This document shows positions 1-9,405 of a stretch of DNA of 64,000 nucleotides, piece by piece. Origin of the DNA: an uncultured virus (IMG/VR IMGVR_UViG_3300027770_000036) (Duplodnaviria > Heunggongvirae > Uroviricota > Caudoviricetes). The stretch lies in IMG/VR virus record IMGVR_UViG_3300027770_000036; one strand, written 5' to 3'. Position numbers and translations under genes: made by a program. Below the pieces are notes generated by a model. It made no database searches. It had not been told where the DNA came from and saw only the letters and a list, made by a program, of their open reading frames with translations. The stretch's first letter is position 1; each line of letters starts with the position of its first letter.

Positions 1-1380
1 CTCCTTGCGCTCCGGAGCCTCCTTGGGCTCCAGGATCTCCTTGCGCTCCGGAGCCTCCTTGGGCTCCAGAATCTCCTTGGGCTCCCTGAGCTCCAGGATC
101 TCCTTGCGCTCCGGAGCCTCCTTGGGCCCCAGGATCTCCTTGCGCTCCGGAGCCTCCTTGGGCTCCAGGATCTCCTTGCGCTCCGGAGCCTCCTTGGGCT
201 CCAGAATCTCCTTGGGCTCCCTGAGCTCCAGGATCTCCTTGCGCTCCGGAGCCTCCTTGGGCTCCAGGATCTCCTTGCGCTCCGGAGCCTCCTTGGGCTC
301 CAGGATCTCCTTGCGCTCCGGGGCCTCCTTGGGCTCCAGGATCTCCTTGCGCTCCGGAGCCTCCTTGGGCTCCAGAATCTCCTTGGGCTCCCTGAGCTCC
401 AGGATCTCCTTGCGCTCCGGAGCCTCCTTGGGCTCCAGAATCTCCTTGCGCTCCGGAGCCTCCTTGGGCTCCAGGATCTCCTTGCGCTCCCTGAGCTCCA
501 GGATCTCCTTGCGCTCCGGAGCCTCCTTGGGCTCCGTAATCTCCTTGGGCTCCTTGAGCTCCAGAATCTCCTTGGGCTCCCTGAGCTCCAGGATCTCCTT
601 GCGCTCCGGAGCCTCCTTGGGCTCCAGGATCTCCTTGCGCTCCGGAGCCTCCTTGGGCTCCAGGGTCTCCTTGGTCTCCTCGGCGCCCTCTGCACCCGGC
701 AGCTCCTTGAGCTCCGGAGCCTCCTTGGGCTCCCTGAGCTCCAGGATCTCCTTGCGCTCCGGAGCCTCCTTGGGCTCCAGAATCTCCTTGGGCTCCAGGA
801 TCTCCTTGCGCTCCGGAGCCTCCTTGGGCTCCAGAATCTCCTTGGGCTCCAGAATCTCCTTGGGCTCCCTGAGCTCCAGGATCTCCTTGCGCTCCGTAAT
901 CTCCTTGGGCTCCAGGATCTCCTTGAGCTCCTTGCGCTCCGGAGCCTCCTTGGGCTCCAGGATCTCCTTGAGCTCCTTGCGCTCCGGAGCCTCCTTGGGC
1001 TCCAGGGTCTCCTTGGTCTCCTCGGCGCCCTCTGCACCCGGCAGCTCCTTGAGCTCCGGAGCCTCCTTGGGCCCCTTGAGCTCCGGAGCCTCCTTGGGCT
1101 CCTTGAGCTCCGTAATCTCCTTGGGCTCCTTGAGCTCCGTAATCTCCTTGGGCTCCTTGAGCTCCGTAATCTCCTTGGGCTCCTTGAGCTCCGTAATCTC
1201 CTTGGGCTCCTTGGGCTCCTTGAGCTCCGTAATCTCCTTGAGCTCCATAATCTCCTTGGGCTCCTTGGGCTCCGTAATCTCCTTGGGCTCCTTGGGCTCC
1301 ATAATCTCCTTGGGCTCCTTGGGCTCCATAATCTCCTTGGGCTCCTTGAGCTCCAGAATCTCCTTGGGCTCCTTGGGCTC
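1..1380. repeat. Degenerate 9/18-bp tandem repeats encoding Gly-X-Y collagen
   Basis: Units such as ctccttggg, ctccaggat, ctccggagc; the reverse complement gives GAQ/GDP/GGS/GDS/GDY triplets. Confidence 0.95.
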
Positions 1381-3367
1381 CATCAGGTATCCCAAAGTCA
1401 AACCTGAGTTCATATCCACAAGGTCCTGCACTTGCATCAGGGCCTGGAACTATCTTAGACGTAACTGTAGCATCTTTACCAGCAGCTAACGGAGTTACAG
1501 TAGTGCCCCCCGGAGATATCCAAACATAAGGAGCGCAGCCCTCTTCTCCTTGGTATCCTTGATGGCCTTGATAGCCTTGGGCTCCGTAATCGCCTTGATA
1601 GCCTTGTGGGCCGTAATCGCCTTGATAGCCTTGTGGGCCGTAATCGCCTTGATAGCCTTGTGGGCCGTAATCGCCTTGATAGCCTTGTGGGCCGTAATCG
1701 CCTTGATCGCCTTGTGGGCCGTAATCGCCTTGATCGCCTTGTGGGCCGTAATCGCCTTGGGCTCCTTGGTCTCCTTGGGCTCCGTCTAATCCGTTTGATC
1801 CGTTATATCCGTCTAGTCCATCTAATCCGTTTGATCCGTTATATCCGTCTAGTCCATCTAATCCGTCTAGTCCATCTAATCCGTTTGATCCGGCATATCC
1901 TTGAGGGCCTCTTGGAATATAAAATTCAAAATCTATATTAGTAGTACAGTTTTCCGCATCATTTTCAGTAGTAACAATTAAGTCAGCCGTCTCACTTTCT
2001 TCAGTTAAAGTTATGACGCTGGCCGTTATGGTAACAGTAGGGCACGGCCCCATAGGGCCTACTGATCCGTTATATCCGTCTAGTCCATCTAATCCGTTTG
2101 ATCCGTTATATCCGTCTAGTCCATCTAATCCGTTTGATCCGGCATACCCTTGAGGGCCTCTTGGAATATAAAATTCAAAATCTATATTAGTAGCGCAGTT
2201 TTCCGTATCATTTTCAGTAGTAACAATTAAGTCAGCTACCTCACTTGCTTCTAGCGTGGTGACTGTGGCCGTTATGGTAACAGTAGGGCACGGCCCCATA
2301 GGGCCTACTGATCCGTTATATCCATCTAATCCGTTTGATCCGTTATATCCGTCTAGTCCATCTAATCCGTCTAGTCCATCTAATCCGTTTGATCCGTTAT
2401 ATCCGTCTAGTCCATCTAATCCGTCTAGTCCATCTAATCCGTTTGATCCGGCATATCCTTGAGGGCCTCTTGGAATATAAAATTCAAAATCTATATTAGT
2501 AGCGCAGTCCTCGTAGCTTTCTGAGGTATTTACATTTACAGCCGCGTCCTCACTTGCTTCTAGCGTATTAACTGTGGTCGTTACTGTAACAGTAGGGCAC
2601 GGGCCTTCTGGTCCCATAGGAATTACAAAATCAAACTCAATAGCGGGAGCACAGGCATCAGAGTAATTAATGGTGTTTACGGTTACAACTGCTTCATCTA
2701 TGCCTGTACTTGTGCGGGCCGTTGCTGTAACCCCTAAGACAGGACATGGCCCCTCTGGCCCCATAGGAATTACGAAGTCAAATTCTATAGTGGGAGTACA
2801 GGCATCAGAGTAATTAATGGTGTTTACGGTTACAACTGCTTCATCTATGCCTATGCTTGTGTGGGCTGTTGCTGTTACGTCTAAGGTAGGACATGGCCCC
2901 TCCGGCCCCATAGGAATTACAAAATCAAACTCAATAGTGGGAGTACAGGCATCAGAGTAATTAATGGTGTTTACGGTTACAACTGCCTCATCCAATCCTA
3001 TGCTAGTGTGAGTTGTTGCTGTTACGTCTAAGACAGGACATGGCCCCTCTGGCCCCATAGGAATTACGAAGTCAAATTCTATAGTGGGAGTACAGGCATT
3101 ATCGTAATTAATGGTGTTTACGGTTACAACTGCTTCATCTATGCCTATGCTTGTGTGGGCTGTTGCTGTTACGTCTAGAGTAGGGCATGGGCCTTCTGGG
3201 CCTACTGGGCCAACTACACCAGTCAATGGAATGGCTATGTCTATATCGGGGCAGTCATATATAGGCGGAGGGGGATCGGGAAGCGTACAACTTGATATTA
3301 AATCAAAGTTTGGAATGGCTTCAGTATACGGCAGGCCGCATGTACTATTAGCAAATACATCCGCCAT
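1..3367 (-). CDS. Collagen-like tail fibre protein (partial, 3' end beyond window; >1120 aa)
   Basis: Not in the ORF track. ATG at 3367 reads MADVFANSTCGLPYTEAIPNF..., then Cys-flanked ~49-aa modules (GPEGPCP...C.PTIEFDFVIPM) and long Gly-X-Y tracts (GAQGDPGAQGGS). The frame is consistent at the segments I translated and at position 2. Confidence 0.85.
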   Translation of the reverse strand, partial: MADVFANSTCGLPYTEAIPNFDLISSCTLPDPPPPIYDCPDIDIAIPLTGVVGPVGPEGPCPTLDVTATAHTSIGIDEAVVTVNTINYDNACTPTIEFDFVIPMGPEGPCPVLDVTATTHTSIGLDEAVVTVNTINYSDACTPTIEFDFVIPMGPEGPCPTLDVTATAHTSIGIDEAVVTVNTINYSDACTPTIEFDFVIPMGPEGPCPVLGVTATARTSTGIDEAVVTVNTINYSDACAPAIEFDFVIPMGPEGPCPTVTVTTTVNTLEASEDAAVNVNTSESYEDCATNIDFEFYIPRGPQGYAGSNGLDGLDGLDGLDGYNGSNGLDGLDGLDGLDGYNGSNGLDGYNGSVGPMGPCPTVTITATVTTLEASEVADLIVTTENDTENCATNIDFEFYIPRGPQGYAGSNGLDGLDGYNGSNGLDGLDGYNGSVGPMGPCPTVTITASVITLTEESETADLIVTTENDAENCTTNIDFEFYIPRGPQGYAGSNGLDGLDGLDGLDGYNGSNGLDGLDGYNGSNGLDGAQGDQGAQGDYGPQGDQGDYGPQGDQGDYGPQGYQGDYGPQGYQGDYGPQGYQGDYGPQGYQGDYGAQGYQGHQGYQGEEGCAPYVWISPGGTTVTPLAAGKDATVTSKIVPGPDASAGPCGYELRFDFGIPDGAQGAQGDSGAQGAQGDYGAQGAQGDYGAQGAQGDYGAQGAQGDYGAQGDYGAQGAQGAQGDYGAQGAQGDYGAQGAQGDYGAQGAQGDYGAQGAQGGSGAQGAQGGSGAQGAAGCRGRRGDQGDPGAQGGSGAQGAQGDPGAQGGSGAQGAQGDPGAQGDYGAQGDPGAQGAQGDSGAQGDSGAQGGSGAQGDPGAQGDSGAQGGSGAQGDPGAQGAQGGSGAQGAAGCRGRRGDQGDPGAQGGSGAQGDPGAQGGSGAQGDPGAQGAQGDSGAQGAQGDYGAQGGSGAQGDPGAQGAQGDPGAQGGSGAQGDSGAQGGSGAQGDPGAQGAQGDSGAQGGSGAQGDPGAQGGPGAQGDPGAQGGSGAQGDPGAQGGSGAQGDPGAQGAQGDSGAQGGSGAQGDPGAQGGSGAQGDPGAQGGSGAQGDPGAQGAQGDSGAQGGSGAQGDPGAQGGSGAQG
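1584..1758. repeat. 27-bp tandem repeat (~6.5 copies) encoding GDYGPQGYQ
   Basis: Unit ccgtaatcgccttgatagccttgtggg repeated directly. Confidence 0.9.
2600..3190. repeat. 147-bp (49-aa) tandem module repeat x4 in the fibre gene
   Basis: GPCP-encoding anchor recurs at 2600, 2747, 2894, 3041 and 3188. Confidence 0.9.
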
Positions 3368-3457
3368 TTATGGCACCATTTAAACCAATAAGGTAAAAGT
3401 AACAACATACTCCACTATAATTATAAACTTGCATTTAGGCTACATTAACAATAGTAC

Positions 3458-4384
3458 TCAATCAAGTATTGCTGAAGAAAGGTATATCTCTGGATTAGCG
3501 CATACGGCTAAGCCACTTAGAGTAGCCGACAGGTCTACAGAGAACGTATTTTGATCAACCGACAGGCTTACTCCCCTTCCTCCTACAATCCATAGTCTTT
3601 TAGCCCCCATGCCGTTAATACTCTTAAGCGTGTTCGAGCATTCCGGACCTCCTGTAGTAAATAAAGGAGGTTCGCATATCTGGCCTCTTATAGCCCCATC
3701 TACAGAGGCCGTGAACGTTATCTCATTAAGGGGGGTAGAAGCCGCTACGTTACAGCTGTACCCATGGTCAAATACAATATCCCCTGTAATGCATCGGCTA
3801 TACACCAAGATGCCATCCACAACTGGATAGGGAGTACATCCTTCTGGGGCTGTAGCTTGAGGAGGTACTTTGTTGGCTATGTTTATGGTTCTTATATTGC
3901 TGTCTTGTATATTTATAACTAGAGAAGGCTCTATTACTGCTTCGGAACTAGGAGAGTATACTATTTGGTCAGATGGCATGAGTTCGGCTAGCTCCGTTAA
4001 ATTTCCAGATACCAGATACCCTTCCCATATTATTTTCTTAGGGCACACGTCTTCTATGGGAATAGACGAGCTAGTATACTCTCCAGACGACTCAGAAAAG
4101 CTATATGACATCTCAGGGTCATTAATGCGCTTAACAAATGTAAGGTAGTTTCCGGCTAGTCCAATAGCGTCTGATGCAAATTTGAATATAATTGTGTCGG
4201 AGTCTCTCTCTGTACTGTGAAGCCACACTGTATTTACGCCTTCCACGTACCCTACCTCACTGTATATGTAGCAGTTAAAGTCAACTATAGTAGATTTAGG
4301 GAACGCAGCTATAGAGCCTGTTATGGGATCTACAAATGGGTAGGTCCTGAACATGTTATCTAGGTAGAAGCCTTGTTTTGACAT
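3458..4384 (-). CDS. Cys-rich baseplate/fibre-associated protein, paralogue family member
   Basis: 308 aa; N-terminal N..R.YPF motif and I(R/K)(T/S)IN motifs shared with the four upstream genes; lies next to the fibre gene. Confidence 0.6.
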   Translation of the reverse strand: MSKQGFYLDNMFRTYPFVDPITGSIAAFPKSTIVDFNCYIYSEVGYVEGVNTVWLHSTERDSDTIIFKFASDAIGLAGNYLTFVKRINDPEMSYSFSESSGEYTSSSIPIEDVCPKKIIWEGYLVSGNLTELAELMPSDQIVYSPSSEAVIEPSLVINIQDSNIRTINIANKVPPQATAPEGCTPYPVVDGILVYSRCITGDIVFDHGYSCNVAASTPLNEITFTASVDGAIRGQICEPPLFTTGGPECSNTLKSINGMGAKRLWIVGGRGVSLSVDQNTFSVDLSATLSGLAVCANPEIYLSSAILD

Positions 4385-4396
4385 ATGTTACACCAT

Positions 4397-5167
4397 CTAT
4401 ACTATTGATTGTAGGGACTGTCCTATTAACTCTACTCTAAGCCCCGGTAAAGCACTATCTGGGTAGATTCTTAATATAGTATCGTTAGCTAAGTATGTAC
4501 CTACTACTATCTTAAAGTCACCGTACTCATCAGGAGCTACATTATTTATAGTTTTAATAAACCTAGGAGTTACAAAGGAGGATGGGTTCTCTCTTCTCTT
4601 AAACAAAGGGTCTCCAACTACGTCCACTCTTATGTCTGTACCGTCGTTCTTTATAACTACGCCGTCCTCTCCTATGAGCCACACATCTCCACTTAAATAA
4701 TTTCCACTCGAGTCCTTTATAGCTGTCACATATCCAGATGGCATAGGAGTTATAACAGACGTAACAAACTCTGCACTTTTTCTAAATGGGTGTGATCCCA
4801 GAGTCCATGACTGCAGAAAAGATAAAGCTACTGGATCAACCACCATAAGGCCAGCCTGCCTTCCTGCTGCATCCTCAAACCTTATTACCTCAGGTATATC
4901 AAAGGGGTCTACGTCAGCGTAGGCTGCAGTAGTGGAGACGTCTCCAACATTTAATCTTACACGCTTATTAGGGGAGGAGTAAACCTCTGCGCTAGTTAGA
5001 TACAGCCTAGAGCTCCAGTTTATGATGTAAAAAGAAGCATCATATACGGCTTCTTTAGAGAAGTATAAATTACTGGAGGTCGTTAACGTACTAGTGTCCG
5101 TGAAGGGATACTTAGTGGGCTTATTCTGATCTCTCCACTCCTGTCCGTATTCTCTTTGAAGTCCCAT
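4397..5167 (-). CDS. Baseplate/fibre-associated protein, paralogue family member
   Basis: 256 aa; EWRDQN...KYPF, LSGDVWL and IKTINNVAPDEYGDF motifs. Confidence 0.6.
   Translation of the reverse strand: MGLQREYGQEWRDQNKPTKYPFTDTSTLTTSSNLYFSKEAVYDASFYIINWSSRLYLTSAEVYSSPNKRVRLNVGDVSTTAAYADVDPFDIPEVIRFEDAAGRQAGLMVVDPVALSFLQSWTLGSHPFRKSAEFVTSVITPMPSGYVTAIKDSSGNYLSGDVWLIGEDGVVIKNDGTDIRVDVVGDPLFKRRENPSSFVTPRFIKTINNVAPDEYGDFKIVVGTYLANDTILRIYPDSALPGLRVELIGQSLQSIV
4933..4946. repeat. Dispersed palindrome TGGAGACGTCTCCA (perfect)
   Basis: agTGGAGACGTCTCCAac, inside a CDS. Confidence 0.9.
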
Positions 5168-5175
5168 GCCGCCCC

Positions 5176-6939
5176 CTATGCTACAAAGAAATATGAAAAG
5201 GTAGGTTTACCGGTTATAGTCCCTACTCCGCAATAATTGCTTGCTCCGCTATTAGGGGCGTAGACTTCTACACTTTCTATAATGCCTGCTTCTATAGAGG
5301 TATAATAACCTGGGTATGGAGTACTGTGTAACTCTGTCCACAAAGAAGAGCTAACAGTAGTGTCCGTCCAATAGTTTTCAGCCGTGTACATTCTGAGCTT
5401 ATACTTAATTCCTCCCGCTGCTACATCTGCAGTGTCTTTTTGAAAGTCAAGAGAATACCATTCCCCTGGCATTATTCCACTTATGGCCAAGCTAGCTGCC
5501 AAGACTTCAAACGAAAACCCATTCCAATAAAGTATCTTTAAGGTCTTAGTGGAGAAGTCTATAGCCCCTAAAAGGTAAGTCTTAACATACTTATCACAAC
5601 TCGAGACGTAAGCTGTAGCGAAGTCTAAAGCAACCCCTCCCGACCCTAGAGACGATAAGGGACTAAACATTAAAGTTACTGACGCTCTTGCCCCTGTTGT
5701 AAATGTAGATATGTTTTTAGCAAATGAATGGTCATAGGCGGCGTGGTCGTTCCATATGGCCAACGACCTCGATCCCGGGCTTGTAACTATCCACCCGTCT
5801 GTGCCCCAGTCTTCAGGGAAGCCTCTATCGTATACTGATGTAGCATACTCAAACCCGCCTTTAACGCTCTCCATCCTATATGGTGACGGATCTCCGGGGT
5901 CTCCGACCAGGGGGTCTATGTAGGGCAGAGTAGTCAAGTCAACGTGCGAGATTGATAAGCTCTGATCAGCATCTATAAGATTTGAAGTCTCTGCTGTAGT
6001 ATCTTGATCGCCTTCAGCGGCAGCCACGGCCGCACATATGTCAGAATACTCATTAGGTAAATTACCTTCGCTGTCAGGAAGGTAGTCGTTGCTAGTACAG
6101 GCCTCAGCTAGCCCTAAGGGCATCTCCAGAGCTATACCTACCAACACGCTGTCCACTATTTCTTTTTGGCGTAAGCCGTTTTGCGAGAAGTTAATATTTA
6201 TATTTCCATTACAGTCTGGATAAATGTCATTTATGTATTCAACACTCTCCTTCATGCACGACTCGCTTTCAGGCTTGCCTTGGCACTTTCCTACGTACTT
6301 CTTAAATATGCTAGAAGTAGACGACTGGTTTTCAAGCCGGAAAACCATGGCATCAGTTGTTCCAACCCCCTCTATGTACCTGCTCTCTTTTGTTATTTTT
6401 AAATCGCCTATGCCTCTTAGAGTTATGTCTTTAGTGAGCTTAGCTTGGTTATCCAGTATAGATAAAGAGGTAACAGGGTAAGCGCCATAAGAGTAAGCAA
6501 GTCTTGGAAGTAATACAGCCTGGCCCGAGCTACTGAATCTGCCTAAGAACCCTTTTTCTAGGCCCTCTCCAAATACTATCCACCCAAACACTCCATTAGT
6601 TAAAGCCCGTATAGGGTAGGGGGTGTTTGGAGTAACTGGTTTAGGTAGCGATATAACAGCCAAGGGTTGAAACTCTTCAGATGAGTATGAGGATGATGTA
6701 CTTGTTTCGTTAGGATGGTGTTCATGCCCAACAAAGGTTACTGTAATTATTCTGCTAGAGCATGTGATACTACTGATAGACGCAAATCTTCCAGCTGACC
6801 TAGGGAATCGTAACCTAGCATCAGCTATTATGTCATTAGGCATATCAATTCCGGAGTCGGTCTCTCCCGTAGCAAAGTCGTCAACAGGATATCTTCTTGT
6901 TGAGTTAAGGTTAAACCAGTTGTTATTTAATATGGCCAT
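5176..6939 (-). CDS. Baseplate/fibre-associated protein, paralogue with extra C-terminal beta-rich (possible receptor-binding) domain
   Basis: 587 aa; WFNLNSTRRYPV and YINDIYPDCNGNI motifs; aromatic, beta-rich C-terminal ~250 aa. Confidence 0.55.
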   Translation of the reverse strand: MAILNNNWFNLNSTRRYPVDDFATGETDSGIDMPNDIIADARLRFPRSAGRFASISSITCSSRIITVTFVGHEHHPNETSTSSSYSSEEFQPLAVISLPKPVTPNTPYPIRALTNGVFGWIVFGEGLEKGFLGRFSSSGQAVLLPRLAYSYGAYPVTSLSILDNQAKLTKDITLRGIGDLKITKESRYIEGVGTTDAMVFRLENQSSTSSIFKKYVGKCQGKPESESCMKESVEYINDIYPDCNGNININFSQNGLRQKEIVDSVLVGIALEMPLGLAEACTSNDYLPDSEGNLPNEYSDICAAVAAAEGDQDTTAETSNLIDADQSLSISHVDLTTLPYIDPLVGDPGDPSPYRMESVKGGFEYATSVYDRGFPEDWGTDGWIVTSPGSRSLAIWNDHAAYDHSFAKNISTFTTGARASVTLMFSPLSSLGSGGVALDFATAYVSSCDKYVKTYLLGAIDFSTKTLKILYWNGFSFEVLAASLAISGIMPGEWYSLDFQKDTADVAAGGIKYKLRMYTAENYWTDTTVSSSLWTELHSTPYPGYYTSIEAGIIESVEVYAPNSGASNYCGVGTITGKPTFSYFFVA

Positions 6940-8393
6940 TAATCCCTCAGCCCTATTGAGTACGGAGTAGCTGAAGCTATTACCGTCTCATCGGTGTCGT
7001 GTACAGTCTGAGCAGATATCAGAAGGTAGTCAGAGCTATCTCCTTCATCTATGCTTACTATAAATCTTATCTTAGCCGATCTTCCAGGCTTTATGCTGTC
7101 CCACCTAAAAATATAGTTAGGCCATTCGCCTTCTGGGTCTATAGATATGGGGCTTCCGGCTGTGGTCGGATACCAGGTAACGCTATTGCTCTCTAGGCTG
7201 CCCTCCTTACCACCTGTCTCAAAATCAACTTCTAACCTTATAGGGCCTATAAGGTTAGGAGTTGTATTGCAGTAAGTAACTAGTATAGAGGCTATTCCTC
7301 CCGAGGCTGGAAGGGCAAATATACGCATAGAAGAATTTTCTCGGCACGTCTTTCCGCTAAGCCATCTTTCTTGATTGGCGTAGTGCTGAGTCCTTGTCCT
7401 CATGGCAGTGTCGCCTAGATCTTTAAACCTTGTATACAGGTTCTGAATAGCCCTATAGGTGTAGACATAATCGTCGCACTCGCAGCATGGAAGGCAGTTA
7501 TTTTTAAGACCCATAGTGTGATCTGCCTCGTTATAAGGCCTATATCTAGTTGAATCACTTTCTCCTGCTACACCAAACCAGTAGCAGTTAGTAGCCATGA
7601 ACGAGTAGTTTCCAACTATAGACGGCCCTACACCGTTTATACCTTGGACAGCGTCAGATATGCACCCCTCAGGACAGTTAGGGTAAACCCCTAGACCAAA
7701 CCCGCCTACAGCACCTACTTGTATATAATTTACCTTTCTAGTTCCCTCTACGTCATCTGTAGGTTTAATAGAAAAAACTATGTTGTAGCCTGCTACAAGG
7801 GATATATCTCCCTTTAAATATGACGCACCTATTTTAATAGAGTTAACTTTATATGGCTCTTTTTGATAGGCCCTCTCGTCTAGTATGCCGTTGACTGGTT
7901 CAAACGTCTCATCCCTATCAGTAGCCCCATCTCCTATATACTGAACTAGGGTTAGAAAAATTGATGAGGATTCCCAGGTGTATATTACTCTATCGGCTCC
8001 CCACTCTCTTTTTGAACTAGAGGAAGCCAAGGACGAGTCAAATACCACTGTATTAGCGCTATCAGATATTACTATTATATCTTCTTCACGATACGCGGAG
8101 CTGCTGAGTGAGCCACTCGATGAGCTGCTGAGTGAGCCACTCGATGAGCTGCTGAGTGAGCCACTCGATGAGCTGCTGAGTGAGCCACTCGATGAGCTAC
8201 TACTTGATAGAATATATGGCAGCCTAAATCCCGATATCTGTGACACCTTTAACGGGTACGTGTATATATCCCTGCCCTCAAAGGATAAAAATAAATCCTC
8301 GAATAAACCCTTCACGTCCTGTGAGGGAGTAACGAATGGGAAGTCTGCCCCATTAGGAAACACCCCAGAACCGTAATTAGAAGATACAGCCAT
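6939..8393 (-). CDS. Cys-rich baseplate/fibre-associated protein with Ser-rich insert
   Basis: 484 aa; LKGDISL, GINGVGP and NCLPCCECDD motifs shared with 8433..9383; SSSSSGSL repeats. Confidence 0.6.
   Translation of the reverse strand: MAVSSNYGSGVFPNGADFPFVTPSQDVKGLFEDLFLSFEGRDIYTYPLKVSQISGFRLPYILSSSSSSSGSLSSSSSGSLSSSSSGSLSSSSSGSLSSSAYREEDIIVISDSANTVVFDSSLASSSSKREWGADRVIYTWESSSIFLTLVQYIGDGATDRDETFEPVNGILDERAYQKEPYKVNSIKIGASYLKGDISLVAGYNIVFSIKPTDDVEGTRKVNYIQVGAVGGFGLGVYPNCPEGCISDAVQGINGVGPSIVGNYSFMATNCYWFGVAGESDSTRYRPYNEADHTMGLKNNCLPCCECDDYVYTYRAIQNLYTRFKDLGDTAMRTRTQHYANQERWLSGKTCRENSSMRIFALPASGGIASILVTYCNTTPNLIGPIRLEVDFETGGKEGSLESNSVTWYPTTAGSPISIDPEGEWPNYIFRWDSIKPGRSAKIRFIVSIDEGDSSDYLLISAQTVHDTDETVIASATPYSIGLRD
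8098..8198. repeat. 24-bp perfect tandem repeat x4 encoding SSSSSGSL
   Basis: Unit gagctgctgagtgagccactcgat. Confidence 0.95.
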
Positions 8394-8432
8394 TGATTAT
8401 CCAACAGTATATAAGGTTTTAATTCCTAAGTA

Positions 8433-9383
8433 CTACCCTGAACAGCCCCCGCCGCCGTCTCCAAGTCTACTACCTAGTACAGTAAGGTTCATTCTATTTA
8501 CAGACCCTTCCAGCCTATTTAGGAAGTTAGTTAAGCCAGTAGCCGCTTCTCCGAATCTAACCAAGTCGTTAGTCACTGCCTGAAGTTCTGTACACCCGCA
8601 ACAGGGCTTTGAGCAGTTGTCCTCTAGCTGTAGGCCGTTCTGCACCGCAGACACCGATATACAATCGTCACCTGTAATAGCTATATTACCAGACGTGTCG
8701 GGCCCTATTCCGTTTATGGTTCTTATGCAGTCGCCTGGTGTATTATCGTTTACACAATTACAGTCAATATTGAGCCCCTGCCCGCTTATAGCACTAAATG
8801 TTATATTGTAGTTTCCGTTACTCCCTGAGGAGCTTATAGACATATTAGTTCCTGCTATAAATGATATGTCGCCTTGCAGCCTGCTCGAAGTGGATGAGCC
8901 GTTAACTATAGATACGCTGCTTACCCCTCTTATGGACGGGCGGATTGCATCTGTATCTATCTGCCCAGCTGTAAAGTTGAAATCATATGACCCAGCCGGA
9001 AGGGAGCTTAGTTCGTCTAGCTTGCCGAATACTATCTTACCAAAGCAGTCTATGAATATATCTGACCCAACTAGCGAGTAAGTCTTATACTCTGAGTGCG
9101 ACGCGAACGCTACGGTAGCAGAAGCCGCTGCTACGCCGCTAGTACCATTCCAGTACCCTATCTCTATGTTAAGGCCAGTAGCAAATATAGACAGGGACTT
9201 CACATAGAAGCTTTCAGGATAAGCTACTAAACCAGAGTGTATAGGTAGGTATAACCCTAGAAGCAAGCTATCAGGTATGGTGAACGTACCGGAGCTGTCC
9301 ACCTTAGATGAAAACTCAGCCAAAGGGTAACTCCTTTGGCTGTTGGCGTTAAGCCACTCTAAATTCCAAATTCCTAAAGTCAT
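8433..9383 (-). CDS. Cys-rich baseplate/fibre-associated protein, paralogue family member
   Basis: 316 aa; EWLNANSQRSYPL, LQGDISF, IRTINGIGPDTSGNI and PCCGC motifs, followed by a coiled-coil-like tail. Confidence 0.6.
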   Translation of the reverse strand: MTLGIWNLEWLNANSQRSYPLAEFSSKVDSSGTFTIPDSLLLGLYLPIHSGLVAYPESFYVKSLSIFATGLNIEIGYWNGTSGVAAASATVAFASHSEYKTYSLVGSDIFIDCFGKIVFGKLDELSSLPAGSYDFNFTAGQIDTDAIRPSIRGVSSVSIVNGSSTSSRLQGDISFIAGTNMSISSSGSNGNYNITFSAISGQGLNIDCNCVNDNTPGDCIRTINGIGPDTSGNIAITGDDCISVSAVQNGLQLEDNCSKPCCGCTELQAVTNDLVRFGEAATGLTNFLNRLEGSVNRMNLTVLGSRLGDGGGGCSG

Positions 9384-9405
9384 TTAAAGGTACCTCCATG
9401 GCGGC

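Noticed and set aside
5..2462. Plus-strand ORFs 5..1489, 1550..1789, 1606..1941 and 2256..2462 (Ser/Leu-rich or hydrophobic repeats)
   Set aside because: They are antisense shadows of the collagen-coding repeats; the minus frame gives perfect Gly-X-Y periodicity.
1584..8198. Tandem repeats (27 bp, 147 bp, 24 bp) as possible CRISPR arrays
   Set aside because: No unique spacers, unit lengths are multiples of three, they are in frame within genes, and no cas genes are present.
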